Shown here piece by piece: positions 47,512 to 59,683 of a stretch of DNA of 64,000 nucleotides. Position numbers and translations under genes: made by a program. The notes under the pieces are model-generated. The model searched no databases, was not told the origin of the DNA, and was given only the letters and a program-made list of their open reading frames with translations. How positions within the stretch are numbered: the stretch's first letter is position 1; every line of letters begins with the position of its first letter. Origin of the DNA: Hydrolagus affinis (taxonomy: Eukaryota); NCBI GenBank assembly GCA_012026655.1, contig JAAILG010000462.1, forward strand, positions 1 through 64,000, in the 5' to 3' direction.

Positions 47512-50500
47512 GAAGAGGGGAGTAGAGGGAAAGGGCTCATGTGGGATGCCATGAAGTGCTTGGCATGTTCTGCTCCTTTATGGAGCAGAACAATTCCAAG
47601 TTCCACTGCTTATTGTGCCTTCCCATAGCAACAGCACAAACAAAAAGGCATTGCTTCAACTGTCTTTGAGATCATAGGATGCTAATGACATTCTGTCCTC
47701 AGTCCAGCAGTCATCTGATAACGTACAGAAAGTAGAAAGAGATTTGGTTTGTAGAGGGATTCAAAGGGGATTCTTACCATGTCATTAGTCAAATACAGTC
47801 TAAGTCTACTCACTTTATAGTATATTTTGTGAAGCGCTTTGGGACGCCTCAACGACATGATAAGGCACTATATATATCAAACGCAAGAATTATTATTATT
47901 ATCATTCGGATATTGACTTTATTGTGCATTTGGATAATTTTTCTCTTCTCTTCTCTTTTAACTTCTCGTTCTTTTTCTTTCCCCCTTTTGTCATTCACGT
48001 GTCATTCATTTGTCATTCTTTTTCTCTCGACCTCTTTTATTCCTCTCATGTTCTCTTTTTTTTCTGTTATATCATTGGTGGAGCAGGAAGATGTATTCTG
48101 TGTCTTTCCCAGCTGTGCCTGAGGGGACTCGGGGAGAGTGACTGACTCACTGTGTACAAACATCAGTGTCCAATAAATCCCATCAATTAACAGCGGACAG
48201 AACCAGAGGCGAGAACATGGTCTGATCTTGTCATTACAATGCAGAACAGCCGTGCATTATAGGATGGATTAATGAGCTGCTTTTAACCCGGGATACCAGC
48301 TGTGGTATTGCATAAGCTAGACAGCTCACACAATTAGTCGTTAGGTAAATAAAATCCTTCTCAATTTCATTAGACACTTGATAAATTTATGCGTCCAAAA
48401 ATTTTAAATGGTTTGATGCAGATTTCGGAAGGTTCAGAACCTTCCTGAGCTATCTCGGGCAGAGGAACAAATCCTTAGAATTGTTCTATCCTTAAAGTCT
48501 ACCCCCATTGCCTTGGGACATTCTCCTGATGTGAAAGGTGCTATACAAATATGGTTTTGTTGTTGTTGTAGTAGAGTCACTGAAGTTGAGTTGTAGAGTT
48601 GTTGAAGCTCACAATCCAGGGTGGTATTTTGGTGCGGTGCTGCCATGTGCAAGAGGCCAGCCAGAAAGCACTAGACATGTGGAGTACCTCCATACACTGT
48701 GGGTCCACAATGTGCCCACATTATAGCCCAAACTGCAGGATAAAAACGTTGTCCTGTACACCCCAACCCTTCCCCCATAGTCAAACTCTTTGCCCGAGAA
48801 GTATAGATTGGCCTGCTTCACATCTCCTGCTCTATCCGCTATATAAATGTAAATTATATTATCAGGAGAGATTGTAGCTATGGCGTTGTATTCACACTAA
48901 ATACACAGGTTTCATGTGCGGTCCAATTATTTATGCTGCACAGGTACCTACAGAGGTCCTTGAAGCAAATGACAAATTTATCCAGAGGGTTGGGGGAACC
49001 AGACCGCCAGAGAAACTCTCTTCTCTTTTCAACAAGTAACTCATGATCAGTAACACCCATATTGCGGCAAACATTACATCCCCACAGATGGCTCCGCAGT
49101 ATTATCCTGCTTGGAGTGGGAACGCAGATTGTGAAATGGGGCTTGAACCCATAAGCTCCTAACCCAGAGGCTGGCAAGCGAGACAAGCTGACTTTGGAGG
49201 TGAAACTGCTGTAACATTGAGTTGGCAAAGCCTCTTCGTAGTCTGATACTGTTGGCAGCAGAGATAATTAGTTCCTGCTCATTTCCACTAGTAATTTAGG
49301 GTACTGCTCTTCAGCAGAATATTAACACTTTTATTGCAGCATATTTGAGCTATTACCATCATCACAACCGAGTCTGAGGAGCAGGTGTTCATTGCCTGGA
49401 GCTGTGCACAATGCTAAAGACGCAAATTCAATTTTGTTTTGTAATGAAATGAACAAAGTAATATCTCCAATTTGTCCTTGCAGTTTTGCTCCCCATCAAA
49501 GTCACACGCATACATAATGAAATGACAATAATTATTATTATGGCGAAGGAATTATTTTAGTCCTGTTTTGGTGAAGTTTTCCATTGGAATATAAACAGAT
49601 AAAGGTTGATTTTTTAAAAAATCTTTGAGGGCATAAATTAGCCCAAGTTTGGGAAAATGACAGGAAATATCGTCAAGTCTATCAGGCCCCAGTTCAGCAA
49701 ATACTCTGCCATAAATGCCAAACTCTTCTGCTAGTGGGAACCACTAGCAGAAAATATGACACTCCCTGATAAAGAAAGAAAGAAGCAGTGCTCTAGCCTC
49801 CGCCTGCTCCTTTAAATTACAGCAAAGAGACAAGAAAACCTTTATACAATAATGAAATGGCTACACAAGGCAATGATTTGCTGCTCCTGCATCTCACACA
49901 GTACGGGCTGCAACGAAAGTGCTGCAGCTTGCGACTGAGCAAACACGTCCGCACATTTTGTGGAGGGAATCAATTCAAATGCCACAAAGGGCACTTTTTA
50001 TTTTGCTCGGGTGAAGCTTATGCTTGTTGGGCTGAAGGCTGTTAGTGTTGGGAAGTGCTTTCCTCTCGTCGAGGTGCCTGAAAATGACGGGACTATTTCT
50101 TTATATAGGACAAATTGCAGTTATTGCAACAATCACTGGCACTTTATATGAACCGAGGATTCGCAGTTGATTTGAGAGGCAAATAATATAGACTTTTTTT
50201 TATCGTTAGCATTTGATAACAGGAACCTGACTTCTGTAAAGATGGGGCAGAGAGTATCACCTGGTTAGGACTGGCAGCTGCCAAAGTAAAATCAAACCAA
50301 GATGTGCTGACCCTAGCATCTCCAGCAGTGGAAATGCTGTTTGGCCCAAAACTATGTGGGTCAACCCATCACCCTGGCTCATAAACCAGAGTTTGCCTCT
50401 ATTTTTCACCTTGTCACTGGCTCAGGCTCAGTCAGACATGCCTCACTGCCTCTGGCTGCCACATTTCATTTCCAATTTTCTATACGTGAAGGCTCAATTC

Positions 50501-51179
50501 ATCACATTCGTCCCCCATCATTTGTTTTGATGCAGCGGGATATAAATTATGATCCCGAGCAAACTCCACCCTTTACAGAATGGTTAGAATTAAATAACAT
50601 AGTCCGACGTTGATCCTGGCATGACACCACATTTGCAAACAGATTGTACACGTTGCAACGCGTTTCAAATGTGATAAACCACGTTACAAACCTGCCACAA
50701 ATTGATGAAGATGCAAGGTAATAATAATAATCCTTACGTTTGATATTTCACGTTGGGAGGATACACTGTAAATTGCAGTGGCTATGCGTTTTTTTTCTAC
50801 AAATGTTACAGCACATTTATGCAAAACAATGTCCCACAAAGAGCCACTGAGTCAATGACCGATTTTATTTGGGGAATTTCTGGCCGGTAGACTCAGAGAA
50901 ACTACCTTCTCCTAAATTGCAAAGCCTGATGTGTCTTGTAAAAATACGATTGAAAAGCGAGTTTGTGATTTGGTGCTGATGTTGTGTATGTATTGTACAT
51001 TATTCCGAGCTGTGAACTCTAGATTTTAGTGCCATCATGTGGAGACGACTGGCAAAAGCACATCAAATACAGGAACTATCACAGCTAGTATATGTCTGGG
51101 GAAAGCCACCAGGAGGCTCCAATCAGTTATTGATACTCTAAAATCCTTGCACAACAAAAAAATTACATTTGTATAGTGC

Positions 51180-51322
51180 CTGTGGACACTGGTGTTCGCA
51201 ATTGGTTGCCGCATTTCGCCCACATATGTAGTCAATTCACTTTATAGCATATTCTGTGAAGCGCTTTGAGACGACTACAAGACATAAAAAGCACTATATC
51301 AAATGCAAGTATTATTGTTATT
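51180..51322 (+). mobile_element. SINE 3' half
   Basis: Family core and tail. Confidence 0.8.
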
Positions 51323-53360
51323 ATCTCCAGATCATGCTGGTAGTGAATGCTGTTGGGATCTGCTTATTTTTCAATCCCAATGTATCAACCATTAGCAAGT
51401 TTCGTAAAGAAATGATTGGTCTGTCATGTTTCTCCCATCCACCGACCTCACACTTTACCCCTTGCATGTTGTCGGATGAATTTTCCAAGCTTTTATTTAA
51501 ATTGCCAGTAAGCAGGCCCTCGTCCCCTGCATCTCTCACTGTGACCACTGGGTGGGACTGCAGCCACAGCTCATCTCCAGTCCAATTCCAACCAGCTTTC
51601 TCTGTGAGAAGCAAACTGACAGATCACACTGAGCTGTGAGGCAACAAGAGCTGGAAGGGGGAAGTACAAAATAATATAGTCCACATTTTGTTTCGTATTC
51701 CTTTACCAGAAAACATTTGTTCTCTAGAGAAGACTGTGATTGTAGTAACCCCCCCACCACCACCATATACAATATACTGTAACAAACATCTCACTTAGCA
51801 CAATTTATTCCATTCTTAAAATTGGCGTGGTTTAGCATTTAAATTTTTAATTTTCTTTTTAACTTTTATCCAGGCAGTCTTTTTTAAAGCACTACAGAAA
51901 ATCAGATCCCAAATTAAGATTAGTATCAGAGGGTTTAAGAGGAAACTTGCTGCACACAGGGACATGGGACCATTCCCCAATGTCTATGGCTGAAATAACA
52001 CTTCAGAATATTTTCACTGTTGTGCTCATTATTTACTACATGCAGTGGCTGGCGTTTTGCCTAGGACTCTGCTGATAACACATTAGCCATCTGTGCAGAG
52101 ACTGGGACTGGTACCAAACATATGCAGCAGTGTGTGCGAAGAAGACGATTTGACGGTCAGATAATTTGGACAGAATATATTGACACAAGCTAGGAATTTA
52201 TGGATTGGGGATAAGGGGAGAGGCAAGAGAATGGGATTGGAGGGAGGGGAGGAAGGGAGATTTTATGCATTAACTAATTCATCTAAGCCACTCTGGTGCT
52301 AGATGCAACCTTTGGGACGTCCTCCCGACATGAAAGGCGCTCTATAAATGTAATTTTGTGGTTGTTGTTATTGTTGTAGTAGTAGTAAAAGACTACTACT
52401 TGCATTCGTATAGCACCATTCACATCAGGTAATGCCTCAGAGCACTGAAAGTGACTCAGTCCCTTGATGAAGTGCTTTACAGACACTCCAATGAAGTAGC
52501 AGAGGAGTGTAGCAATCTCAAAGTTGAAGTTGTCCTTCGGATGAGACTTTCCCATTTATATTTTTCTGTGGTTCAGATAGACATACAAGTAACTTGAAAG
52601 TAATTCACTCAGTGAAGTGTTTTGAAAAGCGACAGACAATTTTCTAAAAATACTGCATGCAGTAAATAGCTCACAATTAACCGTACCAGCTTGTTAATAT
52701 GTTGCGTGAAACATTTCAGCATCTGCATGGTGTCAGTGTACAGTTTGCGTTAGTTTCTTTCTATTTTGGTGCAATGTACATGAACAGGAGTGATTTTATA
52801 CAGATTTGCAGTCTGTACGCAGCATGCATACCTAAACAATCTAATCCATTTAGTTCCATCCTTTCTAAATCCTAACCTATCAATAGATCCACTAGAAAGA
52901 TCGGTTATCACAACCTTATTTCTCCTGGTCTATATTCCCTACTTTATTACCCCAAACCACCCCTAAATTTCCAATGAAAAGGAATCTCTTCTCATTGTAC
53001 ATTTGTGCAATATTATTGAAGCACATTAACTGTTATGTTTTGCCATCGTATCATTCATATCGTTTTATCGAGTCATTTTGTGAAACGCTTTGAATCATTT
53101 CTTTTATATGAAAGGCTATATATATAAATGTTTTCCTCAAGTACTTTGGGACGTTACTCTGTGTGAATGTCGCTTTATAAATGCAAGTTGTTGTTGTTAC
53201 GTGGCTGGTATTTAACTTGCGTCTTGAAATCCACAATCTTCTGACTCAGTGATCAGCCAACTGAGCCAAACTCACGCTAAGGAAAACAGGTACCATTGAT
53301 TGCAGTGTTGAACATTTGATCCAACAGGTTTGATACTTGTACATTAAGGTACTAGTGAGT

Positions 53361-53667
53361 GAAGTCCTGTAATTCAGTGGTTAGCACTTGCCCATTTGCC
53401 TTGCAAACAAGAGACGTGGTTACGGTTCCCGGCAGGGCGAAACATTGGGCAAGTTTCTGTACTCCACATGCCTGATAATAAACCCTCAAGAAAAGCAAAC
53501 AGTAATAAATTCGTTACTTCAATCCACGACTGTTTATGGGGCACTGCTGTGCGCAATTGGGTGCAGCATTTCGCCCGGAAATATACAGTCAATTCACTTT
53601 ACAGTATGTTCTGTGAAGTGCTTTGAGATGTCCAGAAGACATATAAAGTGCTATATTTATTATGATT
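53361..53667 (+). mobile_element. tRNA-derived SINE, full length
   Basis: Head gaagtcctgtaattcagtggttag, core, tail. Confidence 0.88.
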
Positions 53668-55889
53668 AATAATATAACTGGCTACACATGCTGGCTATTG
53701 TATCACTGAGGTTCCTTGCTCATACCTATGTAATGCTCAGTTGTGCAGTGGCTAATGGATCTAGCCGACTGTCGTAGTACTGTACAGTATAAGTATATAC
53801 TGTATTACACTGTACGACTCCTGAAATATCTCTACTTGTGAATGTAAAATACTATTGTTTAAAATAAATTGAGTTTGGGAGTAAAATATATTATATAGCT
53901 ACTTGTACTTGGACAATAACTCACTTCAGTTCATATTGGTAATTATGGCTCTTCTATAAAAGATTCTCTTTTGAGTTTCTCAATGTCTCAGATGATGCTT
54001 GATCTCTTTCCCCCTCCCATGAACAGAAGGAGAGGAATAAAGTGTGCACACATGTGTGGATGCTGTTTGAGAGACTCAGTTTTGCACAACAGTGTGTCCA
54101 TGTTCACCATTCGATGAATGACCATTCGGATGGAGTATCAGAGAGTACCCAGGATCTATGGAATTGTAGCCCAGTAACAAACTATTGCCTTTCGGGAGGA
54201 GGGGAAATACATTGTCTGTTAACTTTTTACTTTGCATTAATTATTGTTCTGCCGACGAATGTAAATTGCAGACTCCTTCCTGTCTTCAAGTTCATGCTGT
54301 GCATATACAATGTCGATGCAACCATGCAACTGAAATCCACATCTCATTATTCATCCCGGCAATCAATACGCTCGGAGTCTGAAATCAATTCCACTTTCCT
54401 CTCCATTTAATTTAAATCATTCCTGACCATTTTTCATTTTGAAGTTTTCTCCCCTAATTGGGGAGGCAAATATATCAGAAACAGACAAGAAACCATTGAA
54501 CTGAAACAATTCCATCCCTTTGCAGGTCTGTGACTGTAACAATTGCTTTCTATATTATTGCCGTTGGCTTGTTCCAAACCAGAACCTCTTCACAAATTGG
54601 GAATCTTAATAGTTTAGTCAGACTGTTCTATTCATGCTTTAAAATATGGAGAGTAAATAGGATTAAAGCATTGGCCACAATCCAATAAAATAACAAATAG
54701 GGAATCTGGAACACCACTCAGTGACTAATGTTCTGTCAGACCTCGAGCCTGTGATTTTGTGATTTTTCTGGGTGTCTGACATTTGTGGAAACCGATCACC
54801 ATTCTAAAGAGTATCCAAACCAAGCAGAGTTCCAGACAGCTCACCTACACATTGGGTAGAATGTGCACCCTCTTCCTTGAAAGACACATTCTGCTTACCT
54901 AGTTCTGGACAGTATTAGGTATAGGCACATGTTGGCTTGGGGAATCCAGTGTGCTCATTGGGGGCACTGCTGCTTGCAGGGTTAATGGGACCTGAGTCAG
55001 AAGAATCCTGCCCCGATGACTGGTCTAGCTTTCCAAGTCTTGCCAATAAACCAGGCTGGCTGGACTGTGATCAGGGCCCAAATGGCCTCTTTCTGTACTG
55101 TAACATTCTCTGACACATCATGTTATCTGCAACATTTCCTATTTCTAAATCCTGTGCCAATCTTGTAATTTAGACCTCAGTGTGACCTGAGGTCATTGGT
55201 GTAAACAGAGACCCAGTGAAGCTCCCCTGGCACAATACCAACACAATTCCACTAATGCAAGGTACATTAGGAAAAGCAATTGCCCAAATCATCTCATTCA
55301 TCCATCCCTGAATACCCCAAACATTTCAGCACGCTTGATACAACTGCATTGCCACATTGTGACCGTTCTTGCTCTTTTCTGCAATTTATTTCTTTCGGAC
55401 AAAAATACATTATATAGAAACTGCTTTCAGGCAGTATTAATGCAGCTGTAGAGGAAGCCAAACATAGATACATAGATTAGGATTGACTGGCAGCAACAAA
55501 CCATTGTACTCTGAGTGGTTGGAGCTGACTAATCCCACTGTTACATAAAACCTGTAGGACACTAGAGACTCAGCTTTGAAATGCATGTTCTTCTGAGGGG
55601 AAGTTCTAATACTTTTACTTACTCACTACTTTCAACCTTAGTTTGTGAACAAAACTGATAATGGTGAGGGGAAATTTAAAAATTGCCATTTTTAAGAAGT
55701 CAGCTTCAGGCACCCCCAGTTCAGTAACAGCATATGTTAGAAATAGATACATGCCAAAGCTACTCTATTCTGCCCAAACAGTGGGCATCAGCCTCAACTA
55801 CATAAGAAGTTCCCTACAGGCCAAATGTGGCACACTTTCCTGAGGTTGACGCTGACACCATTGTTCAGGCAATGGAGAGGGAGTGTTAC

Positions 55890-56271
55890 TAACAACAATT
55901 ATTCTTTAATTTGATATAGCGCTTTTCATACCTTCTAGATGTCTCAAAGCGCTTCACATAATACACTGTANNNNNNNNNNNNNNNNNNNNNNNNNNNNNN
56001 NNNNNNNNNNNNNNNNNNNNNNNNNNNNNNNNNNNNNNNNNNNNNNNNNNNNNNNNNNNNNNNNNNNNNNGAGTGGTTAAATAGGGCGGGGCAAGGCCGT
56101 GTAAGGCCTTGAAGGTGAGGACGATTTTATTATTGTGTTTATTTTGAGGGATTATTATTAAGCGTGTGGAGTAAGGAAACCTTGACCAAGGTTTTGCCTT
56201 GACCTGCCTGGATTCGAACACAGGGCTCATGCTTGTAAGGCGATTGCTTTAACCACTGAGCTACAGGACTC
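55890..56271 (-). mobile_element. SINE spanning a gap, with an L2 fragment at 56071-56122
   Basis: Tail 55890-55970, head 56150-56271; IVLTFKALHGLAPPYL is L2 ORF2-like. Confidence 0.8.
55971..56070. other. Assembly gap (100 N)
   Basis: N run. Confidence 1.
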
Positions 56272-56349
56272 TATTACTCTGCAATCACTGGTCTTGTCTC
56301 CAACACAATATGATCACATTTTGTGGTTGGCCTGGGATGCTGTAACTAA

Positions 56350-56865
56350 GTGCCTCTGAATCAAGGTTGAAGGTTTCAGCCCCACATCAGGATAGCAGCT
56401 CATATTCCAGACTTGCATTCTAGTGCAGTGCTGGGGAATGCTCTGTTGTTATCATTTGGATGATAAGATGCTGTCTGCGTGTTCAGATGGATATTAAAGA
56501 TCTCAAAGGATGGGAGTTTTTTCCAGTGCCCTGGTCAATTATCTTCTAGAAGATAAATGGTCATTCTCTTCATGGGGTGACAGCCACGTTTAGTTAGTAA
56601 CATGGTTTCCTCTGAGTGTGAAGGTTGCTGATTCACGCTTAGGAGTTTGAGCACACATTCTAGGCTGACACTCCAGTGCTGTGCTGGGGGAATGCTGACT
56701 TGTCTTAGGTGACAATCTTCAGATGAAAAATTAAACTGAGGACTTATTATTCAATCAAATGCAATGACTATTATTATTATGGATGTTTGTGTGACTTTGC
56801 TGTGTACAAAATAGCTGCTGTGTTTGGTTACACAAACCATTGCTACACTTGAAGCACTTTGAGGT
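56350..56865 (+). mobile_element. Two tandem ancient SacSINE1/AmnSINE-like remnants
   Basis: Repeated cagtgc(a/t)gtgctggg(g)gaatgct..cagatg; similar remnant at 58264-58550. Confidence 0.55.
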
Positions 56866-59239
56866 ATTTTGTTGTTCCATTTGTTCCATCTTCCCTCCCC
56901 TGGATGATATGAAAGCCAGTGACTAAGCCTTGTTTAAAACAAGATCACAATTGATACAGATTTGTTTATGCTTTGCCATGCTGGTCTCCTCTCCAACACA
57001 ATGTGGTCACTTTTTGTGATAAACAAATACTCTTTTCTGTGTCCAACATGAGAAATAATGAGTCGAATAAGAGCCTGACAGATCAGCGCAATTCTGGCAT
57101 TACTTTGGGGAACGTAAAAGTTATCTATTGCACAGAAACACATGTACTGTCAGACTGAATAGTATTCATCTGTCACAGTTTATGCATGGTATACAAATAC
57201 CCTGCCGCACTTCTTTATGCAGAGAACTTGCTCGCCAATTAATGACTGTCATTGAAAGAAAGAAACATTGTCTCTGTAAGTTTTCCTGCATTCATTCAAT
57301 TCCTATTCCTACAACAATTCTATAGCGAGCTGCCACACAGCTGCACCAGGCAGTGGTTTTCAGGGCTCTGATGGGAAAATAATTATTTTTTCCCCTTCTA
57401 CAAAATTACTTCTCCCCTGGATTTGACCCTTGATTTGTGTTGTTATAAATACAGGCCCTTTGAAATGGAAAACCGGTGAGGTTGCTTGTAGCTGCCGCCA
57501 TTTGAAATGATCTTTTTCCATTTCTTCCTGGACATAATTGGGACCAGATCTTGTTTTTAGGTTCTTGTGTTCCTTTGGAATGAAGTGGTGACCGACAGCA
57601 TTCTCAAGGTCAGAGTTGTCCCAGTGATTGCCAGGCAGTCTGGTTCTATGGCAGACTCGAATAATTTCATTGTTGTAACCAAAAATCTCAAAACTCTCAA
57701 AGAGGTAATAGATCCACACGCAACCCTCTTGGGTCAAATCTTTGACAATGTGGCAGGGGTTTGAAAAAGTCTCTGTAGAACTGATCAAAATGTGAGAACA
57801 GAAGACAAGGCACTCCCCTGATACAGCAATATGTTTACAAGGTGAGCAGCTAAGACATGCAGTCACCAGGGTGGGTCACAAGATTGGATTGGCTGAAGAA
57901 AGCCCTTCAATCTATCTGATTTCATTTCTTCAGAATACCCACCTTACCATCTTTCTACTACAGTAGCAAACTGATTTTTAATTGGCTTTAGTGTCCTGGC
58001 CTCAACCACCCCTCCTGACAACTTGTTGCAGTTATTAATTACCCTCCTGATTTAAAAAAAATCTTCTGGGTGTCGGTCTTGAAATTGCCGCTTTCAACTC
58101 TAAAACTATATCCTTTTCTATACACCTGTAATGTTCCCTCTGAGACCTCTTCTCTCAAGAACAAAGAGTCCCAGCTTGCTGACATTGGCCTCATGCCCCA
58201 CGTTAGAGAAAAATTGGGTAGGAGTCATGTCCCAAAAGCCTGTTTCAGCCTGACACAGCTTCACCTGAGTCAGAAGGTCGGGGGTTCATTCACCATGTCA
58301 GGACTTGAAATCACACAGATGACACCCCAACATAGTTATGGGGGGATGGGGGAATGCCTTGTTGGCAGTGCTATCCTTCAAATTAGATATTAAACCCGAG
58401 ATCCTGTCTGTCTATTCCGGTGGATGCTAGAGATCCCATGGCAATATTCAAACAGAAAAGGAAGATTTTCCTAGAGTCTTGGCAAACAATCCTCTTGTTA
58501 ATTCAGTCATTTATCTCCTGGCTGTTGGTGGACCATTGCTCTATGCCACCTGTGTCTATAGAACAAGGAATAGGTTAAGAAAAACTGCGTATTACTGTGT
58601 TGTTCCATAAGTGGGATTCGACGTGATTTGATTAAAATGGGAACAGGTTCAATTCCTATAAGTCAGAATGATGGAATGTTCAGTTGTGGGAGGAAAGGAC
58701 ACCATTTGTGCCACTCAGAAGTTCTGAATAATAAGGAATCCTCTTCAGGAATGCTGTAAACTTATCCCTCCCCCCCCACCCCCCCACCCCAAACCCCCCC
58801 AACCCAACCCCACCCCCATTCATCACTTGGTCAGTATTTTGGTTTTTGATTTATAATGCTGCTAATAACTTCCAGGAATTCTAAATAAAACCACATGCTT
58901 GGCTTCTAAAATCTAAAATGCAGTAAACAGCAGCATTAGTTCATGTTCTTCCTTTTGGGGTTGATATAACTTCAGCTGAGCACAATGCATTCAATTTAAT
59001 TTGCAATGTGATACCAGAACAAGGGTCCATATTTTCCATTGTATGCAACTAAACATTCTCTAGGAGGCACAGAGGGTTCGGGACTGACCTTTCACCTCTT
59101 TGATCTGAAATAAAGTGCAACTAACAATTTTTAGCTTGTAGGAAAGAAAACCCATGGATTTGTTCGAAAAAAGAAGGATGTTTCTCCTGATGTCCTCTTT
59201 ACTAAATTAGCAAACCCATTCAATGGGAGCCTTATAAAT

Positions 59240-59683
59240 GCTGTAGATCAGTGGTTAGACACTCGCCCCGCAAGTAAGAGGGCCTGGGCTTGATTCCCGG
59301 CAGGGTGAAATGTTGGGCAGGTTTCCTTACTCCACATGCTTCTGTTTGCACAGCAATAAGTAGGAACCTGGTTGTTAGTCGATTGGAGGAGAGCTTTTCT
59401 GGGAGTAATAATTCCTTCAATATAAATTTTTTTAAATTATTCGGTTACTCAATCCACGACTGTTTGAGGGACACAGCTGTGTGTAATTGGCTGCCACATT
59501 TTGCCCACAAAACCCATACTACCACCATAACCATGGTACTACCATGGTACTACCACCATTACCATGGTACTTTTTTACAGGGGAATATACAGTCAATTCA
59601 CTTTGCAATATATTCTGTGAAGCACTTTGAGATGTCTTGAAGATGTGATAACGCGCTATATCAAATGTAAGGATTATTATTAT
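59240..59683 (+). mobile_element. Long-form tRNA-derived SINE with quasi-palindromic insertion
   Basis: Head, extra linker of about 75 nt, core, insertion 59511-59583, tail. Confidence 0.85.
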
